Source: a virus
Length of the DNA: 64,000 nt
IMG/VR virus record: IMGVR_UViG_3300048854_000126
Coordinates: 32,001-96,000 of that record
Strand: one strand, 5' to 3'
Each line of letters opens with the position of its first letter. The stretch's first letter is position 1. Positions 46,511-56,421 of this stretch are shown here, piece after piece. A program made the translations under genes and the position numbers. Under the pieces are notes generated by a model. It did not search any database. It was given only the letters and a program-made list of their open reading frames with translations, and had not been told where the DNA came from.

Positions 46511-47487
46511 CTTGCCCCGCCACCGCGGTCGCGCTCGACCTCGTGCCGCCCGAGCAGAACGACCTGAACAACGCTATCTTCGCCTGGCGCGACCCCGCGG
46601 CGGGCACGCGGCCGCTGTCGCTGCTCAAGCACATGTATGTGGAGCGCGGAACGCTCGAAGACTGGCAACTGCTGCACGAATTGCATTACAAGGCGAGCCA
46701 GAACGGCATCGGGCCGCGCTACGTGCGCCTGGTGATCGATGACGGCGTGGACGCGCCGCTCACCATCGGCGTGATGGTGTTCACCGTGCCCAAGCCGCTC
46801 GATTCGGGCCGCAATCAGGTGTTCCCGCACATGCGGCCGAACCAGAACGGGCGCGACACCAAGCTCATGAACGTGCAGCGCATGGCGTGGATCAACAAAA
46901 ACCTGATCCTGTCCTCGCGCACAGTGCTCGACACGATGTATCGCGGCGGCGGAATTGCCTACCGCTTCAAGAACATTGGCTACCGGCTGATGGGCTTCAG
47001 GTATGTGGAAAGCCGCAGCTCGATGAGCCGCTACAACCCGTTCTCGATCAAGGCCGGCATGCGCTTCGTGAAGCCGAAGTCGGCGCCTGCGTTCGAGTCG
47101 GGCCTGGCGTTCTTTGCGCGGCACTTCAAGAGCCCGGCCTACGACTATGTGGCGATCAAACAGGAGATCGAGGCGATGCCCGATTACCTGCGCGAGCACA
47201 CGTTGAAGGAGCTGCGCGCCTTCTACTACCGCAACAGTTCGATGGAGAAGTCGGGCGACAACCGGCTGAACGGCACGAGCCGCGTCGAGACGATGGAGCT
47301 CGGCTACCTCCTCAAGCAAACCCAGCAGCTTGTCTTCGGCGCGACCGTCTACGCCGCCTGGAGCAATCCCGACTGGGACGCGACAACCGAGTCGATGCGG
47401 CCGCTGCCGGCGCGCATCCCGCTTTCCGCTTTCGATAACCAAGGCGTTGACGAGCCGTTGCGCCTTGACCTTTTGGAGACAGCATGA
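46507..47487 (+). CDS. GNAT-like (possibly Mom-related) transferase
   Basis: LHELHY, SRTVLDTMYRGGGIAYR acyl-CoA-binding pattern, SSMSRYNPFSIKAGM. Confidence 0.6.
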   Translation: MTCPATAVALDLVPPEQNDLNNAIFAWRDPAAGTRPLSLLKHMYVERGTLEDWQLLHELHYKASQNGIGPRYVRLVIDDGVDAPLTIGVMVFTVPKPLDSGRNQVFPHMRPNQNGRDTKLMNVQRMAWINKNLILSSRTVLDTMYRGGGIAYRFKNIGYRLMGFRYVESRSSMSRYNPFSIKAGMRFVKPKSAPAFESGLAFFARHFKSPAYDYVAIKQEIEAMPDYLREHTLKELRAFYYRNSSMEKSGDNRLNGTSRVETMELGYLLKQTQQLVFGATVYAAWSNPDWDATTESMRPLPARIPLSAFDNQGVDEPLRLDLLETA

Positions 47488-47705
47488 AAACGAACGCCAA
47501 AACCCTTTGCATCGTCGGCACCAAAGGCACGCTCTCGCCCTGGACGATGGAGTGCCTCGAATCAGCAGAGTCCGCCCGCGGCATGTCCTACGACTTCGTG
47601 ATCTGGTGCCGCACGCCGACCGAGAGCGAATACCGCACGGTGGCGAACACGCTCAAGACGTCCGAGGTGGGCGAGCAGTTCTGGGTCTGCCGGAAGCCGA
47701 AATGA
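47484..47705 (+). CDS. Small hypothetical protein
   Basis: Coupled on both sides. Confidence 0.6.
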   Translation: MKTNAKTLCIVGTKGTLSPWTMECLESAESARGMSYDFVIWCRTPTESEYRTVANTLKTSEVGEQFWVCRKPK

Positions 47706-48154
47706 ATCTGACGATCAAGCAGATCGAGATCATGAAAGTGGTCGTGGCGGGGGTGGGCGCCGCCACGGTTGACCTCGATCAGCTCCTCGAGCGCTTGCCC
47801 TACAAGACCACGAAGGAAAGCCTGCAGTTCTCGCTGCGCGCGATCGAGCGGCACGGGCTGATTGACCGCAGCTTCGCCGAGCATCGGCGCGGGCGAGTGC
47901 GCCGGCTGATCCGGGCCACCGAGCTCGGCAAAGCGGTGGTTGGCGGGACCGGCAGGCCGGCGCCAGGGCCTGGCGCCGCGGTCGCGGCAACGGAACCGAT
48001 CTTCACTCCCGAGGCGTCAACGATGCCCGAGCCGGAGACCGCCTCCCTACCGGAAGAGATAAGCGCGAACTTACCCGAGCCGGAGATTCTTTCTCTCCCG
48101 GAGCTTCTCTTTCCCGAGCCGGTCGATGTTTTCGAAGAAGAGTTGATTGAGTGA
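47702..48154 (+). CDS. Winged-helix DNA-binding protein with Pro/Glu-rich tail
   Basis: LTIKQIEIM ... DLDQLLERL ... SLQFSLRAIERHGLI ... TELG. Confidence 0.65.
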   Translation: MNLTIKQIEIMKVVVAGVGAATVDLDQLLERLPYKTTKESLQFSLRAIERHGLIDRSFAEHRRGRVRRLIRATELGKAVVGGTGRPAPGPGAAVAATEPIFTPEASTMPEPETASLPEEISANLPEPEILSLPELLFPEPVDVFEEELIE

Positions 48155-48174
48155 AATTTCGGTAAGTTTTGCAG

Positions 48175-48276
48175 CTTGTCACTTTTTGGGGTTTCCCTCT
48201 TATATATACCTTTTTCTTTTAAAACCTCTTTGTTTACAGCTTTTAAAAATTAAGGGAACCCCCAAAAAGTGACAAG
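48175..48276. repeat. 24-bp inverted repeat around an AT-rich core
   Basis: CTTGTCACTTTTTGGGGTTTCCCT / AGGGAACCCCCAAAAAGTGACAAG (23/24) flanking 54 AT-rich bp. Confidence 0.85.
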
Positions 48277-48485
48277 TAAGTAAGGACCTTTGAAGATCAT
48301 CCCGGTTCGGGAACAAGGACACGAGAAGCGATGAAAGGAAGGCTGCGGGTGGGAAAGTCCGCTCAAAAAAATAAGTCACGGCTTATTTACTTTTTGTCCG
48401 GCACCGGATATAGTTTGCTCCTAACGCAATACCTCCAAGGGGCAGACCGACATGGCTGCCCCATTTTTTTTGTGGGAACTGAATC

Positions 48486-49145
48486 GTGACCGACCAGACG
48501 ACAGCGCCCCAGAAGAAAGGCGGGGGCCGCACTACCGGAAGCCGATCGCTGACAGAGGCGCAAAAGGCCGAGGCCATTGCGCTCTATCAGTCGGGCGAAC
48601 TGACGCTTGAGCAGCTCTCCAAGCGGTTCAACCGCACCCCGCGTGCGCTGAGCAGCATGTTCGCGAAGGCGGAGGTGAAGAAGGGCGAGAAGCGCGATGA
48701 AGTGCGTGCCGCGGTTCAACAGCAGGTGCAGCAGCAGATGATGGGCGACGTCGGTGTCGTGGCCGCCCGCATTCGCGAGACGAAAGAGTCGCACTACAAC
48801 GCCGCGAAGGTGATCGCCGGGCTGATCCAGAAGCAGTTGCTCAACGCGCAGCAGAAGGGCCAGCCGTTCGCCACCGTCCAGAACGAGATCAAGACGCTCA
48901 AGCTCGCCGCCGAGGCACTTGCCACGGTGCGTCAGGAGCGCTTCGTGATCCTGGGCATCGCCGATGGTGAGAAAGACGACAACGACGATCTGCCGGATCT
49001 CGGCGTGCATGAGATGACCGCGGAACAGATCCTTGAGATGCAGCAGCGCCAGGACGAAAGCGGGCTCGACATGGGCGACGATGACGTCATGACGGTTATG
49101 CCGCTGCCGGCGCCGGGCGAGGAAGACAGCGATGAAGCTGCGTGA
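48486..49145 (+). CDS. terS: Terminase small subunit (N-terminal HTH)
   Basis: HTH-like N-terminus; position immediately before terL. Confidence 0.7.
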   Translation: MTDQTTAPQKKGGGRTTGSRSLTEAQKAEAIALYQSGELTLEQLSKRFNRTPRALSSMFAKAEVKKGEKRDEVRAAVQQQVQQQMMGDVGVVAARIRETKESHYNAAKVIAGLIQKQLLNAQQKGQPFATVQNEIKTLKLAAEALATVRQERFVILGIADGEKDDNDDLPDLGVHEMTAEQILEMQQRQDESGLDMGDDDVMTVMPLPAPGEEDSDEAA

Positions 49146-50418
49146 GCCCGGACTGCCGTCGATCACAGCGATCGCCGGCGAGATGCAGACGATTTTCCTC
49201 CATCCGAAGCAGATGGAGGTCTTTCGCTCGCCGCATCGCTTTCGAGTAGTCGTCGCGGGCCGCAGGTGGGGAAAAACTCAGCTCGCCAAGGTTTCGCTCA
49301 TCAAATACGCGAAGGTCAAGAACCGGCTGGTCTGGTATGTGGCGCCGTCGTATCGGATGGCAAAGCAGATCATGTGGCCGGACCTGATCGCGGCGCTGCC
49401 CAAGCGCTGGGTCAAGAAGATCAATGAGACGACGCTCACCGTCATCCTGGTCAACGGCACGCGCATCGAGCTCAAGGGCGCCGATAACCCCGACTCGCTG
49501 CGTGGCGTCGGGGTGCACTTTCTCGTCATGGACGAGGTGCAGGACATCAACCCGGAAGCCTGGAAGAAGGTGCTGCGCCCGACGCTCGCATCGACGGGCG
49601 GCCACGCGCTGTTCATCGGCACGCCGAAGTCCTACAACTTCCTCTACGACCTGTATGCGCTCGGCCAGGAGCCAAAGAACCAGCTGATGGGCCGCTGGAA
49701 GAGCTGGCAGTTCCCGACGATCACGTCGCCGTTCATCCCGGCGTCCGAAATTGAGGCCGCGCGCGCCGACATGGACGAGAAGTCGTTCAAGCAGGAGTTC
49801 GAGGCGAGCTTCGAGACGATGAGCGGCCGGGTCTATTACCCGTTCGATCGCAAGATCCACGTCGGCAACTATCCGTTCAACCCATCGCTGCCGATCTGGG
49901 TCGGGCAGGACTTCAACATCGACCCGATGAGCTCCTGCATCTTGCAACCGCAGGAAAACGGCGAGCTCTGGGTGATCCACGAGTTGTCGCTGAAGTCGTC
50001 GAACACTGAAGAGGTCTGCGACGAGCTGGAGCGGCTCTACTGGAAGCTGATGAAGCGCACGACGATCTTCCCTGACCCGGCGGGCGGCTATCGACAGCAC
50101 GCTCGCGGCGAGTCGGACCTGGACATCTTCAAAGAGAAGGGGTTCAAGCACATCGTCTATCACAAGAAGCACCCGCCCGTGGCCGACCGGATCAACTCGG
50201 TCAACCGGATGCTGCGCTCGGCCGATGGGAAGGTAAAGCTCAAAGTGGATAAGAAGTGCAAGGAAGTGATCCGCGCGCTCGAGCAGACGATCTACAAGGA
50301 AGGCGGGCGCGAGGTCGATAAGGACAAGGGCGTCGATCACATGGGTGATGCGTTGGGCTATCCGGTCCAATACATGTATCCGGTGCGCGAAGTAACGATT
50401 GCAGGCGTATCCATTTGA
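49132..50418 (+). CDS. terL: Terminase large subunit
   Basis: AGRRWGKT, LRG, MDE, IGTP, GQDFN, DHMGDALGY. Confidence 0.95.
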   Translation: MKLREPGLPSITAIAGEMQTIFLHPKQMEVFRSPHRFRVVVAGRRWGKTQLAKVSLIKYAKVKNRLVWYVAPSYRMAKQIMWPDLIAALPKRWVKKINETTLTVILVNGTRIELKGADNPDSLRGVGVHFLVMDEVQDINPEAWKKVLRPTLASTGGHALFIGTPKSYNFLYDLYALGQEPKNQLMGRWKSWQFPTITSPFIPASEIEAARADMDEKSFKQEFEASFETMSGRVYYPFDRKIHVGNYPFNPSLPIWVGQDFNIDPMSSCILQPQENGELWVIHELSLKSSNTEEVCDELERLYWKLMKRTTIFPDPAGGYRQHARGESDLDIFKEKGFKHIVYHKKHPPVADRINSVNRMLRSADGKVKLKVDKKCKEVIRALEQTIYKEGGREVDKDKGVDHMGDALGYPVQYMYPVREVTIAGVSI

Positions 50419-50466
50419 TGGTTAAAATAGTAACGGGTGACTATTTAGTCATCAAAGGCACAGGAC

Positions 50467-52032
50467 ATGGCACTTAGTCAGAAAAAGCTCCAGACGTTTA
50501 TCGCGCGCCGCCACCCGCTCTACGAGAGCCTGGTTGCGCACTGGGATTTTCTCGAAGCGACCTATGAGGGTGGCAGGGAGTGGTTCGCGACGAACCTTCA
50601 CAAGTATGTGAAGGAGGGCGATAAGGAATATGCCAATCGCCTCGAGCGCGCGTATCGCTTTAACCACACCCGCGAGGTCGTAGACCTGCTGGACAAATAC
50701 GTCTTCAAGATCGACATCAAGCGCAACGACGATGCGCCTGACTTCATCAAGGAGTTCTGGAAGCGCTCGACGCTGAATGGTTCGCCAATCGGCGACTACA
50801 TGAAGCGCATCAGTAACCGCACTTCGACCTATGGCCGTGTCTGGGTGGTGGTTGATTCGACGCGCACCGATGACGTGAAAAGCGTGGCTGACGCGAAGGC
50901 CGCCGACGCGCGCGTCTACTCCTACCTGGTCAAACCCCAGCACGCCTTGGACATGAGCACCGACGAGCTCGGCAAGCTCAACTGGATTCTGCTCTTCGAG
51001 ACGGCGCGCGATGACGAAGACCCGCTGAATTCCAGCGGTGCGCTGGTCGATCGCTACCGCCTGTGGACGCGCCAGAGCTCGCAGCTTTTCACGGTCAACG
51101 TGGATGCGAAAGGTAAGCCGACCATCGTCGTCGATGAGCCGGTCGAGCACGGCCTGGGCGTCGTGCCAGTGTTTGCGGCCGACAACGTGATCTCCGACGA
51201 GCCCTACGCGTCGCCGGCACTGATCGCCGACGTCGCTTACCTGGACCGCGCGGTCGCGAACTACCTCTCGAACCTTGACGCGATCATCCAGGACCAGACC
51301 TTCAGCCAGCTCGTCATCCCCGCGCAGGCGGTAGTGGCAGGTGACGAGGGCACCCACAACCAGCTGGTGGAGATGGGCACGAAGCGCATTTTCACGTATG
51401 ACGCGTCGGGCGGCACCGGGCCGCAGTTCATCAGCCCGGACGTGAAACAGGCCACGCTGATCCTGCAGGTGATCGCCAAGATCATCAACGAGATTTACCA
51501 CTCGACGGGACTCGCGGGCGAGCGCACGAAAGAGGACAACTCGCAGGGCATCGACAACAGCTCCGGCGTTGCGAAAGCGTATGACTTCGAGCGCGTGAAC
51601 TCGCTGCTCGCGGCCAAGGCTGATTCGCTCGAGCAGGTCGAACGAAAGCTGTGCGAGCTGGTGGCCGCCTATCACGACAAGACGCTGGATACGGCCCCGG
51701 ACTCGACCACGACGCCCGAAGAAACGCAGATGGTTTCCTACCCGGACAACTTCGATGTCCGCGGGCTTTACGACGAATTTGACATTGCCGCGCGACTTGC
51801 GCTGATCGAGGCACCCGACGCGGTGCGCCGTCAGCAAATGAACTCGGTGATCGACAAGCTCTTCCCGATGATTAAGAAGTCACTCATCGAGACGATGAAA
51901 GGCGAGTTGGAAAACTGGCCGCCGGAGGACGCTCTGACGGCACCTGGAGCGGGACAGTCGCCTATGTCCAACTCCGAGATTCAGCGCATGGGCGGTAAGA
52001 CCCTCGCGAATCAGATGTTGAAGGCAGCGTAA
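50467..52032 (+). CDS. Portal protein
   Basis: 521 aa directly after terL; SSGVAKAYDF portal-like motif. Confidence 0.85.
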   Translation: MALSQKKLQTFIARRHPLYESLVAHWDFLEATYEGGREWFATNLHKYVKEGDKEYANRLERAYRFNHTREVVDLLDKYVFKIDIKRNDDAPDFIKEFWKRSTLNGSPIGDYMKRISNRTSTYGRVWVVVDSTRTDDVKSVADAKAADARVYSYLVKPQHALDMSTDELGKLNWILLFETARDDEDPLNSSGALVDRYRLWTRQSSQLFTVNVDAKGKPTIVVDEPVEHGLGVVPVFAADNVISDEPYASPALIADVAYLDRAVANYLSNLDAIIQDQTFSQLVIPAQAVVAGDEGTHNQLVEMGTKRIFTYDASGGTGPQFISPDVKQATLILQVIAKIINEIYHSTGLAGERTKEDNSQGIDNSSGVAKAYDFERVNSLLAAKADSLEQVERKLCELVAAYHDKTLDTAPDSTTTPEETQMVSYPDNFDVRGLYDEFDIAARLALIEAPDAVRRQQMNSVIDKLFPMIKKSLIETMKGELENWPPEDALTAPGAGQSPMSNSEIQRMGGKTLANQMLKAA

Positions 52033-52110
52033 GACGATTGGGCCGAGTGACCGGCCTAACTTTCACACACCAGACCAAGAGAACGGTCGACACGAAAAGG
52101 TAGCAACGAG

Positions 52111-53010
52111 ATGCACAAGATCCTGATGAAGATGATGGCCTGCGGTGGTTACATGGCGCCCGAAGGTGAACACGTCGAGGGCGGCGGTGGCAATGGCGGC
52201 GGCGCAGGCACCGGCGGTAGCGGTGCTGGTGGCGAAGGCGGTGGCGGTGCCGGTGGTGACGGCAAGGGCAACCCCGGCGGCGAAGGTGGTCAGGGTGGTC
52301 AGGGCGACCCGAGCAAGAAGCCGTCTGACGCCGAAGCTGCGCTGCTGCGCGAGGTCATGGACAAAAAGGACAAGCTCAAGACCGCGAACGATCAGTTGAC
52401 GCAAGCGAATGCGCGCCTGAAGGAGTTCGATGGTCTGGACCCGAAAGAACTGCGTGCGCTGGTGCAGGCCAAGAAGGATGCCGAAACCGCGCAACTCGAA
52501 GCGAAGGGCCAATGGGACTCGTTGAAAGCCCAGATGGTCGAGCAACACGGACGCGAACTGCAGGTTGAACGTGATGGCCGCACGGCCGCCGAGCAGCACG
52601 CAGTGGAGCTCGCTTCGCAGATCGCAGAACTGACGGTGGGCAACGCCTTTGGGCAGTCCAAATTCATCGCTGACGAACTGACGCTCTCCGTTGCTAAGGC
52701 TCGTCGCGTCTATGGCGCGCACTTTGAATTCGTTGATGGCGCCGTCGTTGCATACGACAAGCCGGCCGGCTCGAAAGACCGGAACGTGCTGGTCGATAGC
52801 AAGGGCGAACCGCTCGCGTTCGAAGCCGCGTTGGCCAAGCTCGTCGATGCCGACCCGGACAAGGACACGCTGCTGAAATCGAAGCTCAAAACCGGTGCGG
52901 GATCGCACACCAACACGTCTGTAGCACCTGGCCGTCAGCCGGGCGCAAGCGTGCCGGTAACCGGTCGGGCAAAGATAGCGGCAGGACTGGCGAAAGCCGG
53001 GTTGAAGTAA
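52111..53010 (+). CDS. Capsid scaffolding protein
   Basis: Gly-rich N-terminus, coiled coil, position before capsid gene. Confidence 0.7.
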   Translation: MHKILMKMMACGGYMAPEGEHVEGGGGNGGGAGTGGSGAGGEGGGGAGGDGKGNPGGEGGQGGQGDPSKKPSDAEAALLREVMDKKDKLKTANDQLTQANARLKEFDGLDPKELRALVQAKKDAETAQLEAKGQWDSLKAQMVEQHGRELQVERDGRTAAEQHAVELASQIAELTVGNAFGQSKFIADELTLSVAKARRVYGAHFEFVDGAVVAYDKPAGSKDRNVLVDSKGEPLAFEAALAKLVDADPDKDTLLKSKLKTGAGSHTNTSVAPGRQPGASVPVTGRAKIAAGLAKAGLK

Positions 53011-53098
53011 GCCGCTTTTATTGTTGTAAACCCGTGGACTTCCTGATAAAGTAAGTCACGGGTTACTATATCCCGATTCTTTTCGAAAAGGAAACGCT

Positions 53099-54001
53099 AT
53101 GCCATTGCTGCAAGTCGAAGCCGACAAGCTGAGTAACAACCAGCTGGTCGCCGGTGTGATCGAGGAAATCATCGAGAAGGATGAGCTCTTCGCGCTGTTG
53201 CCGTTTATCGGTATCAACGGCAAAGCCTACGTGTATGACCGCGAAAACACGCTGGGTGATGCCGACTTCCTGTCGCCGAACGATGAAGTGAACGAATCGG
53301 CTGCCACGTTCACGGAAGTCGTGTCGAAGCTGCGCATCCTCGCGGGTGACGTGGACGTCGACAAGTTCCTGCAAGAAACCGAGTCGGACACGAACGACCA
53401 GCGCGCAACGCAGATCGGTCTGAAGGCAAAGGCCGTGGCGCGCAAGTTCAAGAAGACCATCGCACAGGGCAACGCCACTGTGAACACGAAGGAATTCGAC
53501 GGCTTGCCGCAGCTGGTGTCGGTCGCGCAAACGCTGGACGCTGATGAAAACGGTGCTGCACTGACGCTGAACATGCTCGACGAGCTGTCGGACGCTGTGA
53601 TCAACGGCGCCGACGCGTTCGTGATGCGTGCAGGCACCATCCGCGCATATCGCTCGCTGTTGTATGCAACCGGCGGTATCCAGCCGGCGATGGTCGAGAT
53701 TCCGAACTTCGGCCAGGCTGTTCTCGGCCACAACGGCATTCCGATCCTGCGCAACGACTGGCTGAGCGCGGACGAGAAGATGGGCACGGCAGACGCAACG
53801 TGCTCGATCTACGCGGTGCGCCTGAACGAGCTCGACGGCTTTCACGGCCTGTGGGGCGGCAAGGAAGCAGGTATCCGCGTGGAAGACATCGGCACGGTGC
53901 AGAACAAGGACGCAGACCGTATCCGCGTGAAGTGGTATTGCGGTTCGGCACTGAAGTCCACGCGGTCGCTGGCTCGTCTGCGGGGCATCAAAAACGTCTA
54001 A
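53099..54001 (+). CDS. Major capsid protein
   Basis: 300 aa after scaffold; EFDGL, RIRVKWY; terminator follows. Confidence 0.85.
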   Translation: MPLLQVEADKLSNNQLVAGVIEEIIEKDELFALLPFIGINGKAYVYDRENTLGDADFLSPNDEVNESAATFTEVVSKLRILAGDVDVDKFLQETESDTNDQRATQIGLKAKAVARKFKKTIAQGNATVNTKEFDGLPQLVSVAQTLDADENGAALTLNMLDELSDAVINGADAFVMRAGTIRAYRSLLYATGGIQPAMVEIPNFGQAVLGHNGIPILRNDWLSADEKMGTADATCSIYAVRLNELDGFHGLWGGKEAGIRVEDIGTVQNKDADRIRVKWYCGSALKSTRSLARLRGIKNV

Positions 54002-54043
54002 GCCTTTGAAATAGTAACCTGTTACTATTTCGGCCTAGCATCG

Positions 54044-54074
54044 AAGGGCACGGGCTAACCCCCGTGCCCTTTTT
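54044..54074 (+). terminator. Intrinsic terminator after capsid gene
   Basis: AAGGGCACGGG-CTAACC-CCCGTGCCCTTTTT. Confidence 0.75.
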
Positions 54075-54090
54075 ACATAGCAGAGGACAT

Positions 54091-54534
54091 ATGAAAGTTC
54101 GTTTGATTCAGGCAGCTTGGGAAACCTTCACGGGCAACTTTGGTGGCATTCCGTTCGAGAATGGCGTGTCGGTGAATACCGTCACGAAGCAGGAAGCCTC
54201 GCGAGTGGCAAACATCGTCAAATGCGAGCTGCTCGATGGCAGCAATCCGAGCTCGTCTCAGGCCGCTATCGACAGCAAGTGCACGCCGATGACGATCGAG
54301 CGTGGCCCCGCGCCGCCGCCGAAGCCGGTGACCTACACCCGCGACATGCTGGAGCAGATCGCGGGCGAGAAGGGCATCAAGGGCTTGCGCGCAGTCGGCG
54401 ACGGGCTAGGGGTGAAGGCGTCCGGGATCGCGGATCTGATCACCGCGATCCTGAAGGCGCAGGCACCGGCGCCGGCCGAAACTGAGCCGGTCAAGTCGGA
54501 AGCGCCGGCTGAAACCGCGGCGGCTGCGGAGTAA
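54091..54534 (+). CDS. Virion-associated hypothetical protein
   Basis: GAGGA RBS; position. Confidence 0.6.
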   Translation: MKVRLIQAAWETFTGNFGGIPFENGVSVNTVTKQEASRVANIVKCELLDGSNPSSSQAAIDSKCTPMTIERGPAPPPKPVTYTRDMLEQIAGEKGIKGLRAVGDGLGVKASGIADLITAILKAQAPAPAETEPVKSEAPAETAAAAE

Positions 54535-54537
54535 GCG

Positions 54538-55332
54538 ATGAATACGTATCCCGCTGCCTACGACGTAAATGTGTCGTTCTCGCTCGCCGATGTCGTCGGG
54601 TTGCCGAAGGTCGTGAACGCCCACTATGAGGTGCTCGACGAGGACGGCACGGCTGTCGTCGCCGATACGAGGCTCCCTCTGGTGAGTGGAGAGGAAAGCG
54701 AGATCGTCATCAAGGTGCCCGCTGCGGGGAACATGCTCGCAGCGGGCGTTCGCCGCGCCTATCGCCGTGTTGTCCTGAACCTTGAAACCAGCTCCGGATG
54801 GGTGGCACTCGAGCAGGAATATCTGATTCAGGTGAGCCAGGCGACGCTCCTCATTCCCGGGACCAACTCGTTCCAGACGATTCTGAAGGCGGAGCTCGTG
54901 GCGCTCGATATCCCGAACCTGCCGGGCTGGCGGGACGCCCCGCGTGAAGAGCGCATCGCCGCGATGATTCAGGCCCGCGAGAACATCGGGAAGATGAGCT
55001 ATCGCTACAACTTCTGGGCCGACAACTGGCAAAAATACGTCATCCCAGAGTTCGGCGTCTATTCGATCACGCTGCTATCGCAGGACGAGTATATGCAGCT
55101 TCCGCCAGCGTTTCGCACCGCTTGCGAGCGCGCACAGGTGATCGAGGCGGACGACCTCCTGGCAGGTGATCTGGCGACCGAAAAGCGGCGCGCTGGGATC
55201 ACTTCGGAGACGGTGGGCGACGCCACGACGATGTTCACGCAGGTGCGCCCGGTGCGGCAGCTGCTGTGCGATCGGGCCATGCGTGAGCTCAGCCGTTTTG
55301 TTGTGAAACACACCCGACTCACACGCGTATGA
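54538..55332 (+). CDS. Probable head-tail adaptor
   Basis: Position; GITSETVG motif. Confidence 0.55.
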   Translation: MNTYPAAYDVNVSFSLADVVGLPKVVNAHYEVLDEDGTAVVADTRLPLVSGEESEIVIKVPAAGNMLAAGVRRAYRRVVLNLETSSGWVALEQEYLIQVSQATLLIPGTNSFQTILKAELVALDIPNLPGWRDAPREERIAAMIQARENIGKMSYRYNFWADNWQKYVIPEFGVYSITLLSQDEYMQLPPAFRTACERAQVIEADDLLAGDLATEKRRAGITSETVGDATTMFTQVRPVRQLLCDRAMRELSRFVVKHTRLTRV

Positions 55333-56093
55333 AAAATCACATGATCGGCACCGCCGGGCTGGCGGTCGAGCAACACTACCGGGGTTTTCACCTGGCGCTC
55401 GTGGGCGTCACTCACGAAGCGATGCAGGCTCACGCGCCCACGATCCCGCGCGTGCGCGCGATTCACCAGTCCGACGCCTATCTGCTGCAGAGCAACGCCC
55501 TCTCGGCCATCGCGAATGTGTTCGACATCGCGCTGTCGGACGTGATCGAGCACGCGGTTCATAGCGCGCACCCGGGCGCCGACGACGCGCTGCGCGCCCA
55601 GATTGCTGATGAGATCGCTGGCAACCGCTCAGCGGCCCTCGCAACGCTCAGCATGGCGATGCAGAAGGATTGCATGGTCGCGGTGAAGCGCCTGCGTGAC
55701 TTCAACCTACGCGTGGATCTGAGCGTTCAGGGCGGCTCCCGCAGCTACCAGTCAGCCGTGATCTCTGCGCGGATCGCCGAGCAGGCCAAGCCGGTGCGCT
55801 TTATCCAGACCGACACGCTCGGCCGGCAGTGGAAGCCGTCTACATTCGCGAGCACGACCGTGAAGGGCGTTTTGCAGGGTGCGTATGCCGACGCCTTCGT
55901 GCGTGCCGCGGCCGCGCAGGGCGTCAGCACGCTCACGGTCCAATACGACGATCCTGAGCATGACGGCCACGGGCAGCGCATCTCGCTTACCGACGACACC
56001 TACCCGGCCTATCTGTCCCTGCGCGATAGCGTGTTCCATCCGAATTCGAGCGCGACGCTCGCGCTACTGGAGTCGAGCGATGTTCAGCCCTAA
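55329..56093 (+). CDS. Minor head or morphogenesis protein
   Basis: Position; FHPN near C-terminus. Confidence 0.45.
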   Translation: MKNHMIGTAGLAVEQHYRGFHLALVGVTHEAMQAHAPTIPRVRAIHQSDAYLLQSNALSAIANVFDIALSDVIEHAVHSAHPGADDALRAQIADEIAGNRSAALATLSMAMQKDCMVAVKRLRDFNLRVDLSVQGGSRSYQSAVISARIAEQAKPVRFIQTDTLGRQWKPSTFASTTVKGVLQGAYADAFVRAAAAQGVSTLTVQYDDPEHDGHGQRISLTDDTYPAYLSLRDSVFHPNSSATLALLESSDVQP

Positions 56094-56421
56094 CAACCGA
56101 TGCACGATCGCGCCCATCACCGGACACAACATCTACGGCGAGAGCATTGAAGGCAAGCCTTTGCCTGAGCGATGCTCAGTGATCGAGCTCAAGATGGCCG
56201 CGGTCGTGACCAACTCCCGTGCGCTGGAATCCGGTTCGCAGACTCATGCGGAGGATCTGACCATCACGGGCAAGATCATGCTGTCTCCGAAGACCGCGGC
56301 CACGCTCGGCGCGCGGCTGACCGTGGCTGGGCAGGTGCTTCGGGTCGTTGCACTGACGCCACAGTATTCGACCTCCGGCGCACTCGACCATTACGTCGCG
56401 GGGTGCACGCCGTGGGCCTAG
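56080..56421 (+). CDS. Probable head-closure protein
   Basis: GGAG RBS, size, position. Confidence 0.5.
   Translation: MFSPNNRCTIAPITGHNIYGESIEGKPLPERCSVIELKMAAVVTNSRALESGSQTHAEDLTITGKIMLSPKTAATLGARLTVAGQVLRVVALTPQYSTSGALDHYVAGCTPWA

Noticed and set aside
52180-52310. GGC-rich repeat
   Set aside because: Explained by the Gly-rich scaffold N-terminus
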